The notes: a model not told the origin generated them from the letters alone. DNA of 63,830 bases, filler included, from Reclinomonas americana ATCC 50394 (GCA_048213135.1; 17 parts of 17 records of this genome joined end to end with filler, not necessarily neighbours in it), one strand, 5' to 3'. Counted from the first letter of the whole stretch, positions 24,001 to 43,000 are shown. Numbers and translations are program-made.

Positions 24001-27000
24001 GTGAGTCACTTAATCGGATCGTTGTGTTATGCTCACAGCACGACAACACGACTGAGCGAGGCACTGTCGACAATCAGCACGCATGTGACGACGATCGAGA
24101 CACTGCGTCAGCAGCTGCAAGACGAAAGTGCAGAGCGACAGCGACTGGTGGAAGAAGGCGACGCGGCACGCCGGACGCACGAACGTGTGGCGGCTGAGCT
24201 GCAAGGGCGCATCGAGGAGCTGTCGAGCGAGCTCGCTGCACTTCGTGAGCAACTGAACGGATCGACAGCGGAATGCAAGCGGTACGGATGTATGATTGAT
24301 TCATGATTTCGCTCTGCGTGCATGTGCTGACATTGTGAGTTCGTTTGTTTTGATGCAGACTGACATTGGAGGTCGAGTCTCGTGATGGTCGCATCGAGCA
24401 GCTGTCAGCAGAGGTGGCACGGTTGCAGTCTGAGCTGGCAGCGGCGCAAGCGTCGCTGAGCAGGTGTGATGGCCATCGTCGTCGTCATGTGAGAGAGGCG
24501 AGGCATGTTTCTCAAATGGTAATCTGCGAACAGCACAAGTGAGGATCTTGCCAGCGTGCGCACTCAGCGACAGCACTTGGAGCAGCAATTGCAGCAGGTG
24601 CAGCTCTCTGGCGACGAGGCATCGCAGGAGCTGATGTCGACACAGAAGAAGCTGCAGGAGCGTGAGGCCGACAATGAGAGGTTTGTATGGGTTTCTCCTG
24701 ACCAGTTGTTTGTTGGTGGCTTGCTTGCTTACTCGATGCGATGCACAGTTTGCGCGGTCGGTTGGACAGTGCGTGGGCCGAGGGTGCGNNNNNNNNNNNN
24801 NNNNNNNNNNNNNNNNNNNNNNNNNNNNNNNNTTAATTAATTAANNNNNNNNNNNNNNNNNNNNNNNNNNNNNNNNNNNNNNNNNNNNTGCAACTGTCCG
24901 GTGATGAGGCATCGCAGGAGCTGATGTCGACACAGAAGAAGCTGCAGGAGCGTGAGGCCGACAATGAGAGGTTTGCTTGGTCTGTGTGTTTTCTTTATTA
25001 GTGTGTGAGTTGTTGACTCGACGTGATGTACAGTTTGCGCGGTCGGTTGGACAATGCGTGGGCCGAGGGTGCACGGCTGTCGACACACAATCGGCAGCTG
25101 TCGGACGAGTTGGCACGTGTGCTTGCGGAGGGCGAATCTTGTCGTGCGGCGCATTTGCAAGGAACCAGTCAGTTGGAGCGACAGGTGGGGGTGCTGCAGG
25201 CAGAGCGCGATCGACAGTCGGCCAACTTGGCGGAAACCAACAGCGAGTTGGAGAGTGTGCGATCGGAGCTGCGAGTGGCTCGTAGTGAGTGGGAGAGGTG
25301 CGTTGATTTTTGGAGAGGAGATGCGCTGCGAGTGAGTCGCTTAATCGAATCGTTGTGTTTCTGTTCACAGCACGACAAAACGACTGAGCGAGGCGCTGTT
25401 GACGATCAGCACGCATGTGACGACAATCGAGACTGTGCGTCAGCAGCTGGAAGACGAAAGTGCAGAGCGGCAGCGACTTGTGGAGGAAGGCGACGCGGCA
25501 CGCCGGACGCACGAACGTGTGGCGGCTGAGCTGCAAGGGCGTATCGAGGAGTTGTCGAGTGAGCTGGCTGCACTGCGTGAGCAACTGAATGGATCCACTG
25601 CGGAATGCAAGCGGTGCGGTTGTGTGATTGATTCATGATTACGCTCTGCGTGCATGTGCTGACATTGTGAGTTCGTTTGTTCTGATGCAGACTGACATTG
25701 GAGGTCGAGTCTCGTGATGGTCGCATCGAGCAGCTGTCAGCAGAGTTGGCTCGGTTGCAGTCGGAGCTGGCAGCGGCAAAGTCGTCGCTGAGCAGGTGTG
25801 ATTGCAGTCGTTGCGTGAGAGAGGCGAGGTGTGTTTCTTACATTGCGATGTGGTGAACAGCACAAGTGAGGATCTTGCCAGTGTGCGCACCCAGCGACNN
25901 NNNNNNNNNNNNNNNNNNNNNNNNNNNNNNNNNNNNNNNNNNTTAATTAATTAANNNNNNNNNNNNNNNNNNNNNNNNNNNNNNNNNNNNNNNNNNNNAG
26001 CAGTTGGAGCAGCAGCTGCAGCAGGTGCAGCTCTCTGGCGACGAGGCATCGCAGGAGCTGATGTCGACACAGAAGAAGCTGCAGGAGCGTGAGGCCGACA
26101 ATGAGAGGTTTGTATGGGTTTCTCCTGACCAGTTGTTTGTTGGTGGCTTGCTTGCTTACTCGATGCGATGCACAGTTTGCGCGGTCGGTTGGACAGTGCG
26201 TGGGCCGAGGGTGCACGGTTGTCGGCACACAATCAGCAACTGTCGGACGAGTTGGCGCGTGTGCTTGCGGAGGGCGAGTCGTGTCGTGCGGCGCACTTGC
26301 AAGGAACCAGCCAGTTGGAGCGACAGGTGGAGGCGCTGCAGGCAGAGCGCGATCGACAGTCGGCCAACTTGGCGGAGACCAACAGCGAGTTGGAGAGTGT
26401 GCGCAGCGAGTGGGAGAGGTGCGTTGGGGGGTTTGGCAAGAAGATGGTGGGAGAGAAGGAGAGAGACTTATTCGGATCGATGTTTTTGTGTTCACAGCAC
26501 GACAACACGACTGAGCGAGGCGCTGTTGACGATCAGCACGCATGTGACGACAATCGAGACTGTGCGTCAGCAGCTGGAAGACGAGAGCGCAGAGCGGCAG
26601 CGTCTTGTAGCGACACATGAGCGTGTGGTGGCTGAGTTGCAAGATCGTATTGATGAGCTGTCGAGTGAGCTGGATGCAATGCGTGAGCAGCTTGCAGCTC
26701 GCCAGCAAGACGTCCTCCGGCGAGACAGCACCATTGAGAGGTTCGTGACACTTGCTGGTCAGCGTCATCCGGTTGGCACTCACGCATCAAATGTGCCTGC
26801 GCAGTTTGAACTCACAGCTCGCCGCACTGCGAGCTGCCGGAGAGAATGACGTGAGCCGGCTCGACGCAGATTTGTCGGCTCGTGCTGCTCGCATCGTCGA
26901 GCTTCTTACCAGGATCTCCATGTTGGAGGCTGAAGTTGCTCGTCTGCTTGCGGAGGGCGAACAGGCCCGTCAGGCGCACCTGCACGCAGTGGCTCAGAAT

Positions 27001-30000
27001 GACAAGTCGCTAATGCAAGCGCGCACGGAGAACAACGAACTCTCTGACCGTTTGCTCGAGCTCATGCGGACGCATGAGTCTGTGAATGGCGAGCGAGCGG
27101 CACTCTCAGCGGAACGCGATTCACTGCACGAGCGGCTCACCAGGTCGGTTCAATTCGTTACATTTGTTACATGTTCGCCGAGGATTCATCACTCACTGTT
27201 GTTTTTGTGTCGCAGTACCGAGTCGAAACTGGCAGTGACATTGACCGAGCTGACGATCCGCATGGAGCGCATCAGCATCTTGGAGCGTGAACTGGCGGAG
27301 CACGCAGAGACTGTGTCTAGTGTTCGCGAGTTGCACTCGTCGACTAGCGAGCGTGCGGATTTGTTGGAACGCGACAGAGCCACTCTGGAGCGACAGCTGA
27401 CCGAAGCCACCGACGCTCTCACTGCGGCCAATGGCGATGTGGAGCGCTTGGGAAGGGAGCTCAGTCGGCTGCGTGCGGAGAAGGAGTCAGCCGAGGAGAT
27501 TTCGGCTCAGCGCTTGTCGCAATTGAACCGAACCGAGGCGGAGCGCAGTCGTTTGGAGAGTGAGCTGCAGGCAGTGACGAATGAGCGAAACAGCCTGCGC
27601 ACCGAGCGCGACGATCTCAACAACAAGCTGGATGAGTCGTCAGCCGAGCTGGCTGCAGTTGGCGGCAAGTTGCAGGGCGTCCAGGCTGAGCTCAACAGGT
27701 GAGCCGTGTACAATGCACGGAACTTCACCTTGTGCACAGGTGACTTACGCTTCTCCTTCCAACAGCGTTCGTCAATCGTTGCACTTGGTAATGACGGCAG
27801 AGTCGACGCTGCGTGAGGAGTGCGCCGTGCTTCAGCGGCGGCTGCATGAGTTGCGTGAATGTGTGATGGCGAGACAATGGCAGCATTGCATTTTTCTCAC
27901 GACGTCTTGTGTATTCCTCCGCAGAGTCGAGCGCACGAGTCAAGCCGATTCTTCGGCACTGCGAGAGGCTGTGGCAAATGGCTTGGCGGAAATTGCGCGG
28001 CTGCTGGCCGAGGGTGAGGCGGCGCGAGTGGCGCACGCACAGGCCCTTGCCGCACTCCAGACGGAGATTGCTCACTTGTCAGCGGAGAGCGACGAGCGAC
28101 TGCGCCAGGTGGAGACGTTGAGCTCGATGCTGGCGGATAGCAAGCGCTCGGGCGACGATGTGGTCCACGAATTGCAGAAGACGCGAGCCGCACTGGCGGA
28201 GCTTGATGGACGGGCTGCGAAGCTGACGAGCAACTTGGACGACGCACATCAGAGCCTGGCATCACTCGGTTCGCAAGTGCAAGATCTCAGTGCAGCCCGC
28301 GACGCGCTGCACGACGACGTGGAACGGCTGACCAATGAACTGGCGCAAGCACGGCAGCGCATTGCGGAGGTGGAAAGCGAGCGCAATCAGGTGCGCGAGG
28401 ACCTGGGCCGCGCGGTGAGCGAGCATGACCGTGTGACGCACGAGTGCCACGAGCTCGAAATTCGCGTGCAACGCACTGTGGAGGAGACCACAACACTCCG
28501 CATCACCATTGCTTCTCACGAGGCAACGATTGCGCAGCTGCAACATGATGCGGCGCAAGTGCGCACGCAGCGCGCTAGCGAGGCCGATGACTGGCGACAG
28601 CAGCAACAGCAAGCCAGCTCGCTGGCTGTGCAGCTGGAGAACGACTGCGCCTCCCTCCGTGCGCAGGTGCGGCAGCTGAACGAGGACGCTGAGCGCGAGC
28701 GTGTGCAATCGGCCGACGCGGCAGCCGAGCATGCTGCTTCCGCTGGCAAACTGCGCGAACAGCTGATGGAGCGCGACGCGGACAACGAGCGGCTGAACAC
28801 GGAGCTGCAGCAGAGCTCGGCGGCAATTGTCGAGCTGAGCCACCGTCTGTCGGCCAGCGAGCAGACGGGTANNNNNNNNNNNNNNNNNNNNNNNNNNNNN
28901 NNNNNNNNNNNNNNNTTAATTAATTAANNNNNNNNNNNNNNNNNNNNNNNNNNNNNNNNNNNNNNNNNNNNTTTTTGTGCGTTTGTGTGTCTGGCTAATC
29001 AAAAACTCTCCCCAACATCGCAGGCCAACTGGGACAAGGAGCGAGACCAGCTTGTGGCGGAACGCGAGTCCATGGCACAGGCGCACTCGTCGCTGATGGA
29101 GCAAGTCGGTGGCGACATGGCCATGGTGCGCGAGCAACTGGCGGAGCTGGCCAGCGAGGTTTGCATTCTCACCGCTTCAAGTCGCTTTGATTATGGACTC
29201 ATTATCTCTTTAATTGTGCAGCGACGCTCACAATCGGATCGCGCTTCGGATCTGGCGGCCCGACTTGCGCGCAGCGAGGACATTCGGCAGGAGCTGGAGA
29301 CCTCGGTAAGCCGGCTGACGGATGAGCTGGATCGTGCACAGACCGATGCCGACGACATGCGCGCCATGGTGGCGGATCACGAGGGCGCACTTCTGCGCGC
29401 CTCCACTGAGGCGCAGGTACTGACGTCGCGCTGCGAGAAGCTGGAGATCTCGGTGGAGACGCTCAAGACGGAGCGCTCCGAGGCTGTGAACGAGGCGCAG
29501 CTGCTCGAGCAGCAGCTGAATGAGCTGCGCGCGGAGTTGGAGGAGCGGTCGGCGTCGATTGAGAGCCTGCGGCGCGAGTTGCACGAGGTCACCATTCTGC
29601 GCGACCGATTGGTGGAGACGGTGCGTGAGGTGCGCGAATCGGTGGTGCATAACGTCGCCGAGATGGAGGAGCTGCGCGCGAGCGAGGCCATGACGCGCGA
29701 TCTGCTCACCCAGTGTGAACGTGAGCGCGACATGTTGCGGGAGGAGCTGGAGAAGATGAGTGCGTACCAGAAGCCGCTGGCCGACGAGCTCGATCGTGCA
29801 CTCGACGAGGTGCGAGAGCTGGAGGCCAAGTTGGCCGACTCGGAGAACGTGCGCGCACGAGACGCCACCAACCAGGCTCTCACCGTCAGCCGCTTGCGTT
29901 CCGACATTGAGCGACTGCAGGCGGAGAAGGAGGCGGCTCTGTCGCCAAATGCCACCTCGCAGCTGCAGTCGGAGGTGGTGCGTCTGCGCGACGAGGTGCA

Positions 30001-32444
30001 GCGTTTGCGTGCGGAGCTGGCCAGCGCCGAGGGCGAGTTGGAGGACTCTGATCGGCAGCGCAGCCAGCTCACGGCCGCTCTGGAGCGCTACATGGCGCTG
30101 CATGGCGACTCGAACCGTGCCGCCTCCACGCACGTGCACGAGCTTGAAGTGGAATTGACCACGCTGCGCGAGGAGTTTGCGGCCAAGGAGCAGGAGCTGC
30201 AGCGCCAGTTGGAGACGGCAGAGCAGCGCGCCATGGAGAGTGCCAAGAAGATGATGCGCGCGCAAAAGCAGGCGGCCCTACCGCCACCTGTACCCGCGCC
30301 GCCATCCATCGATGCAGCCACCCTTCGCCAGCTGCGTGATCTGGAAGCTGCGCTGGAGCTGGCGCACTTGCGCGAGGTCGNNNNNNNNNNNNNNNNNNNN
30401 NNNNNNNNNNNNNNNNNNNNNNNNTTAATTAATTAANNNNNNNNNNNNNNNNNNNNNNNNNNNNNNNNNNNNNNNNNNNNGGAAAAGGGAAAGGGAGAGT
30501 GGGGAGAAGGGGGAGAAGGGGGAAGGGGAAGGGGAAGGGGAAGGGGAAGGGGAAGGGGAAGGGGAAGGGGGAGGGGAAGGGGAGAAAGGAGGAGGAGGAG
30601 AAAGGGAGAGAGGGAGCAGGGAGAAGAGAAGAGGAAGAGAAAGGGAGATTTGGGAAAGGTGAAGGAGGGAGAGATTGAAGACGAAAAAAGATGAGGAGGT
30701 GGAAGACCTGGGCGAAGGGGATAGTGATGCAGTTGGAGCGGTGCAGATATGATCGCGATGTAAGAATGACCCTCGCTATCATTGGTTGCTGTGTGGCACT
30801 TGGTTTCTGCTCGCGTTCCAAGCATGTTTCGTGTTTGTTTGTGGTTTGCTCACTGCTGAAAATCGCAGGAAACGCACTCAACGGCGAGCGCGCCAGTGAG
30901 GCGGAGCGCCGTCGAGCGGCTGACGCAGAGTTGGTGTCGTTGCAGAGGCAGTTGGCGGCCTCGCGGCAGGAGATCACCGAGATCACCATTGAGCGCGACG
31001 AGCTGACGACGCAGCTGCGTGCGGCTGATGCCGGCAGCAAGAAGAAGGACGAGGAGCGCAGTGCGCGACAGGAGGCCGTGCTCAAGAAGCGACTGCAGGC
31101 GGCGGAGACAGAGCACCGGCGCCAGCAGATCGAGGCCGATCAGCAGGTGGCCGCACTCGACGCCGAGCTCAGCTACATGCTGTCGTCGATTTTCACCTCG
31201 GAGGGCATCACGACCAAGGTGACAACGAGGAGCACGATTGACTCGCTGCGCAACTCGCTGGGACCGGAGTTTGCACGCATGTTGGAGGATGTGCAGCGCG
31301 TGATCGAGACACTCGTCAGCGAGCTGAATAAGCAGACGGCCACAGCGCAGGAGTTGCGCAACCGACTGAACAGCTTGGAGGCCGTCAACGCGGCACTGGA
31401 GGCACAGCTGCAGGACGTGCGCAAGTCGTGGAAGACGGAGGAGGAAAAGTACGAAAAGTTGGTGGTGGAGCACGAGAGGCTGAAGAAGATTCGCGAACAG
31501 TTGCGTGCATACACACACTTTCATTGGTGTCATCTAGGAGTATTCCTGCTGCTGCTGCTACTGACATTGTACTTGCTCAGGGCACTGAGCAAGGCCTCGG
31601 AGGTGTCTTCGCATCTGCAGTCGCCGTCGGCGGCGGCGGCGGCGTCAGCCATGCATCGTCATCGTGTCTCGCGAACCACCACCGAGGAGTACGACGAGTG
31701 GGAAGAGGAGGAGATGATGGAGGAGGACGAGGAGGATGAAGTCGAAATTGGCATGCAGCGCGGTGCCGGAGGGCACGGCAAGCGCGGCCGTCGGCGGTCG
31801 TCTGCCTCGCACCACATGTACTTGTCCTCCAACCAGTTTATGGCGTCCATCCGACCGAATCAGGGTTCTCGTGCCAGTCCGGCGTTGTCGGAGGCCAGCG
31901 AGCATTCGGTGAGAGAAAGGGGGAAAGGGAAAGGGGAGAGGGGAGAAGGAGGAAAGAGAGGGGAGAAGGAGGAAAGGAAGATTTGGTTGTGTATGGGTTT
32001 CTTCATCCTCTCTACTTGCTGCACTCGTCAGTTGGACTGTGGTATCTTGTGGGTCTTGTTTTGCAATTCGTATTGTGCACAGTGTGTAAGAAAGAGCTGC
32101 TTATCCAGTACATATATGGTTCTCAATGATGCACGCTATGTAAGAGAGAGTTGAGTGGTCTTTCTCGGCACATCCGTGCTTCTCCTTGGTGCATCTCCTT
32201 TCATGCACATTGTGCGAGGAAGAAGTTCTCGACTGCTTTCTGCGGTTGTGTTCAGCATGTCGTTTCACCCATATGCGTCTTCGCTGTATCCCGTTGGAGC
32301 GCTTCTACTTCCTCACTCTTTCCACCGCAGGAGGAATCGGGCGTTTCGGGAGGAACACGGCGGTCGAGTGGATCCGGCATTTTGGCGGCACTGATGTCGC
32401 GTGGAGCCGCGGGTACTCACGGAGCATCGCCGAGGAGAAAGTAG
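18033..32444 (+). CDS. Giant coiled-coil protein (rootletin/centrosomal/trichohyalin-like composition), many exons, spans five linkers; 5'-partial
   Basis: Continuous E/Q/R/L/A heptad-rich frames joined by frame-consistent short introns; last exon 32329-32444 ends at TAG. Linkage across gaps is inferred from continuity of sequence character. Confidence 0.75.
23588..26640 (+). repeat. Intragenic tandem duplication of a ~1.04-kb multi-exon cassette (at least 4 full or partial copies)
   Basis: The anchor gctgatgtcgacacagaagaagctgcaggagcgtgaggccgacaatgagag|gttt recurs at about 23588, 24630, 24920 and 26057, with introns duplicated too. Confidence 0.9.
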
Positions 32445-32501
32445 ATTGCACATTTGTGTGAATGAGGCGAATTGAAGATATACACTACCATGTTTTGCCA
32501 C

Positions 32502-37603
<5,102 letters not shown>

Positions 37604-38857
37604 GTCTGTTCAGAGTGTCTCTTTTTCTGTTGTTGTGTGCCTCACGCTCACTCTGTCTCTCTCACACACACGCGCGCGCCACTAACAAACGATGATAACG
37701 ACAATGCTCGGTTGGTCCGGTTGGATGGTGGATTGCACGTGAATCACGCATTTTATTGTGATTACGTCACGCGTACGTGGTGTCATTGTGAGGAACAACG
37801 AGATGAGCCTCACATAATGGTTTGCATGCATGCACAGAGTCACACACGCACGCAATCAGTTTCTCTCTCAAACTGAATTTTCTCTCTGTCTTTGTGTGTC
37901 GCTCTCTTTCTCACTCATGCACATACGCACTCTCTCTCTCTTCGTCCTCTGCACACTCACACTCGCCAATCATCGCTGTCTCTGCTGCACATCTCGCGTC
38001 CGCTGTCGTTTTCCCGCCATTTCTCTCTTACCTCGCTGTTGCTGCATGCAGCACTGTCTCTCGCGCGGGAAGTCAGAAAGAAACAGTGGAAAGCGAGTCT
38101 CTCTCCTCCTCCTTCTATTTCTTCTTCTTCTTCTTCTTCTTCTTCTTCTTCTTCTTCATCTTCTTCTTTTCTTCTTCTTCTTCTTCTTCTGTTTCTCCTC
38201 TCTCCTCTCTCTCTCTCTCTNNNNNNNNNNNNNNNNNNNNNNNNNNNNNNNNNNNNNNNNNNNNTTAATTAATTAANNNNNNNNNNNNNNNNNNNNNNNN
38301 NNNNNNNNNNNNNNNNNNNNGCCTTGACTTCTCCTCTCCCTCTCCCCCATCGCACATGCCTTGCTGAACACCCTCTCGAGGCGTGCGTAGATCAAACAAA
38401 CACACACATTGGGGGACCTCACCCCTCTCTCCGTGTGTGTCTTGTCGCTTCCCCCGCTGCCACTCTCGGCCACAGACGCGCATTGCACGCGCACTTCATT
38501 GCACACCGGTGCTTGTCTGTTTTTGTTTTCCTCTCTCGAGTGATCAGCGCGGTGCTTGCACAGTGTGCCGTGATCTGATCCTCGCAAAGCGCCGAGTCGT
38601 TGTGTGCTTTATCCGCGCGTTTGTGTATTGTTGGGAGGGCGAGCGGGGCGACGAGTTGTTAAGGGACGGCCACGGGCTTGTTGGCAGAGCGCAGTGATCC
38701 GCAAGTCGTATATCCGATCCCACAGTTTCCTCTCACATTCTTCTTTCTTTCTTCTTTCTGTCACCACCGCTGTCGCTGTCGGCCGCTTTTTTGTGTGTGT
38801 GCTGACTGGACGGTGTGGTGCAGTGATCGCGGCGCCTCGAGGATGGTGTCACTTGTT

Positions 38858-39410
38858 TGATGTGGACGCTCCACTGTGCCACCGAGGTCGCCACGCTCAG
38901 ATCTGTGTGGACGCTCGGTGATGCGCCAACACGGTTGTCATACGAACGTGGATCAGCGGACGCTCTCGAGTGCGGTGGTCACATACAAACGTGAATTGAG
39001 TATTCCAGTCCGGCACCTGTTGTCGACGCGGTGGTGCGTGAATTCCAGTGCGCCAATACGAAGCGGTGGCCACACGTGCCAGGCCGACACTCGATCTGTG
39101 TGGACAACATCCAGCGTACCAACACGGCGGTCACCTTCGACCAATCGTGACCAGCACCTCGATCTATGTGGGCTCTATCCAGTGCATCAGCACGCAGCGG
39201 TGACGCACGCTAGGCCGCCACTCGACCTGCGTGGACGCTCGCCTGCGTGTCAACACGGTGGTCACCTTGGTGCATGCATCGAGCATTCCAGTTCAGCGCC
39301 TCCTGCGGATTCCAGTGCGCCAATACGCAGCCGCGGTCGCTTATTGCAGGCCACTGCTCGCTGCCTTGCAGACGCTCTCCTGTGTGTCAACACGGTGATC
39401 ACCAGCGTCC
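38858..39410. repeat. Degenerate modular repeat region in the long spacer between divergent genes
   Basis: Recurrent motifs ctcgatctgtgtggacgctc (about 5), caacacggtggtcac (about 5) and attccagtgcgccaatacg (2 exact, at about 39042 and 39309). Confidence 0.6.
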
Positions 39411-39778
39411 TTCAACCACGGAATGCTAGGCCGGTGCTTGCCCCGTGTGGACAGTCTCTTGCTCGCCCTCACAGTGGTCACATTGGTGCGTGTGTGTCGA
39501 ATGTCTAATTCCGTCCTTTGTGCGCCGTGGTGTGTTGAAGTCCGTCTGTGGCACGCAGGCGTCGAATGCTGTCAACTCGTTGAACCCCAACATCTAAGTG
39601 AACAAATCAGACATGACTTTTCACGCATCTGTGTTGACGACCAAACTCCACATCCCCGCACTGCTTCTCATGTCTCAGAAACTTGAAGTCGAGAAAAAAA
39701 GAGGGGATGAAAAAAGACGACCAATCCGCCAATTTTTGCAACGACGAGCGAGCAACACTCTGTCTTTGAAACACGGGC

Positions 39779-39959
39779 ATGCAGTCAGAGGGCGAACAGA
39801 CTGCGGTCTCCGCAGCTGCCTCTGATGAGCAACCTCCACCACCTCCACCAGCAGCAGCACCAGCAGCAGAGGCTCCTCCAGAGAGCACAGTGGAAGAGGA
39901 GTTGCCTCCACCGCCGTTGCCGAGTGATCCAGGTCAGTGAGAGAGAGAGAGAGAGAGAG

Positions 39960-40014
<55 letters not shown>

Positions 40015-43000
40015 GAGTAGNNNNNNNNNNNNNNNNNNNNNNNNNNNNNNNNNNNNNNNNNNNNTTAATTAATTAANNNNNNNNNNNNNNNNNNNNNNNN
40101 NNNNNNNNNNNNNNNNNNNNTGTCGTCGCTGTTCGCCGACGAAACTCTCAACACCCTGCACTACGCCTCCCGTGCGCGCTACATTCGCAATGCCCCTGTA
40201 CGCAACGAGAACCCGAAGGATCGCTTGATCCGCCGGTTGCAGGAAGAGGTTTGCTGAGAGAGAGAGAGAGAGAGAGAGTGCCTGCCATTTATTCATGCGA
40301 GAGAGTCGCTGACGCCCCTTGTTGCAGAACAAGCGACTGAAGGAGGAGATTCAGTACTTGCGGCAGCTCAGCTCCATTACTGGCCCGAGGGGCGCTGGTG
40401 ACGGAGCCGGTGCATCGTCCAGTTGCGGCAATCTCTGGCAGTGCATTGCATACTCATGTCTATACCCTGACTGCTTTTGTTTCGAGCAGAGTCTGTGCTT
40501 GGTGACCTGTCGACTGCGGACCTGGAGGATGTCACCAACCGCTTGGTCGAGTCGGTGCAAGTGATCAAGGTGCGCCTTCTTTTGCACGCACTTGCCTGCC
40601 TCTCGTCTCCCTCACCACCGTGCAGGGCATCTTCGAGGTACACAAGACCCTCCACGAGTCGTTCGACACCATCACCGGCGAGAACGCGCAGCTGCAACGC
40701 TCCGTCGACGATCTCATGGCGGAAAACTACTCGCTCCGTGAGCGGCTCGACATTCTCGAGAGCGTACTGATGCAGCCCGACGACGACAGTGGCGGCGCAG
40801 GGCGGTCAGCAGATGCGTCGGCCCCCTCCGCTGTCAGCGTCGAGACCACGTCGGCGACGGCTGCGGCCGGTGGCGACGAATCATATGTCGATCCCACCAC
40901 TGTCGAGCACGATAAGAAGATTGCCGCGTTTCTGCAATATGTTGCGTCTCGCTTGCCTCCAGTCGCACTGTGTTGTTCCTCTGCTTCTGTTTCCGCACTC
41001 TCCTCCTGATTCTGTCACGCGTGCTCTTCCACACATCGTACCACGTCATTTTCTTCTCCTTTTTTTTCTTCTTCTTCTTCTCTCTCCATCTACTTTTTTC
41101 CCGTCTCCATTCCGTCTCTTTGCCTCGCTTATCTCTATCCCACTAAGTTCTGGCATGCACTACCTTCCACCTTCGATGTTTCTGCCACCTTTGGTCTTCC
41201 GCATCCTTCTGCCTCTTTTCCCCCGCTCGTTCCTTTTCCCTTTGTTCACTTCTCCTCCTTCCGCTCCTTTCTTCACTCCTTCTTCGTTACTCAATGCCCC
41301 TTGACGCTCCACATCCTTCGCCTCCGTTTTCTCACTCTGTTTCTCTCCACGTCTTTCATGAATTCACATCTCCACCTTCCAGCTCTTCTTCCTTCCACCT
41401 CGCTTTCTCCATCCCACTTCTTCCTGCCACCCTTGATCTTGCTTTGCAATTTCTCTCCACCGCCCGCTCCATTACTTTCCTCCCTCATGTCTTCGTTTCC
41501 CGATGTCTCACCACGCTGGACCTTTGCCCTCCGTCTCCCTCCGTTTCCTCAATTATTTTCCTCCATTGTCTTCCCACCCGTATCTCTGCCTCCTTTTCCA
41601 TCCATCTTTATCACACCTCCTGTCCTTTTCTCCCATCTTCCCCTCCCTTTCCTTTCTCTCCTCCCCTCACTTTACCCTCCCCCTTCCCTCCCCCGCAGTG
41701 GCGCGAGCAATACCTCCAAGACCTACAATCCCACCTGGAATCCATCAACGGCTCACCTTCAGCCACTCCAGTGCAAGCACCTTCCACCGACGCCCTGCAC
41801 GCGGCACTGAATCGCCACGTGCGCGAATTCCTGGGCGATGCCACGAAGCGCGGCATCATGCAGCGGGAGGTCGGCACGCAGACAGCCGGTTCGTCTCCTC
41901 GCCAATCACTAAAAAATGCTCTCCGTTATGCTGACCCACCGCCCTTGTCTCTCTCAGACGACGCCTCGCCGAATCTCGTGTACATGCAAGTCGGAGCGCA
42001 GCTCACGTCACCCAACGCCTCCACCACCTCGGCGTTCCAGTACCTCGAGCAGCGCCTCCCCGCTGGTCCACCTCCAGCGGCCGCCGCTGCGGCGTCCAGC
42101 GAGGGCACCACCGACGACGACGACAGTCAGCGCGTGGGCACGGCGGAGCCGGCGGGCCAGCGGCAGGCGCTGCGGCGTGACAATCTGCGACCGTCGCGCG
42201 ATCACGTGCAACGCCTGCATCGATCGCGCTCCACTTCACCAGCCGCCGACAAGGTGCTGGCCGAGTTGCAGTCGCCCAAGACGGGCGCCGAGTTGGCGGC
42301 CACAAACTCACCTCGCAAGTCGCCGCCGCGGAAACCCAAGACCCCGCAGCGCTCGCGACCACCCTCGCGACCGTCGTCGCCGGCCAAGCGTGGTGCGGCG
42401 GCGGCCGCGGCCGCCCTCACGTCGGTGATTGAGAGTGTGCCGAGTCGCACCCCTTCGCGGCCGACATCACCTCCGCCGGCTCCCAAGCCACCACCAGCCT
42501 CGTCACGCAGCAGTGGCGTCAAGTCGCCACTCCGCGCCAAGTCACCGAAGGTTTCGTCGAAAAAGACGGCCGCTGCCGCCGCCGCCGACAGCGCCGAGCA
42601 GTCGTCGCCGTCATTACCACCGGCACCGCCACCTCCACAGCCGCCTGCATCGGATCCACCACCGGCTGGCTCGCCAAAAGCGAAACGCACGGCGCGCCTC
42701 AAGTCACCAGTCGCTGCCGCGTCGGAGCAGCAGCAACAGCCACCGGCGTCACCGAATCGGTCGCGACCGACGACACCCGGCGCGCGCCACAAGAAGAAGG
42801 CAGTCGAGTCTCCGCAGGCGCTAGAGCAACTTCAGCAGCAGCAGCAACAGCAGTCTCCGGCATCGCCGAGTCAATCGAGGCCGTCGACTCCCGGTGGTGG
42901 TGGTGGCGGCGGCGGCACTCGCCCCAAGAAGAAGAAAAAGCTGGTGGATTCATCGCGCCCACACACACCGACGACCGCCTCTGCAGGCGCGAGTAAGAGT

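Noticed and set aside
23640..26175. Near-identical introns suggesting introner elements
   Set aside because: The flanking exons are duplicated along with them, so they come from segmental duplication rather than independent intron insertion.
2077..31580. Several stop-free introns with lengths divisible by three (e.g. 2077-2169, 27850-27924, 29159-29221, 31500-31580)
   Set aside because: Expected by chance for short introns in a GC-rich genome; no excess can be shown by eye.
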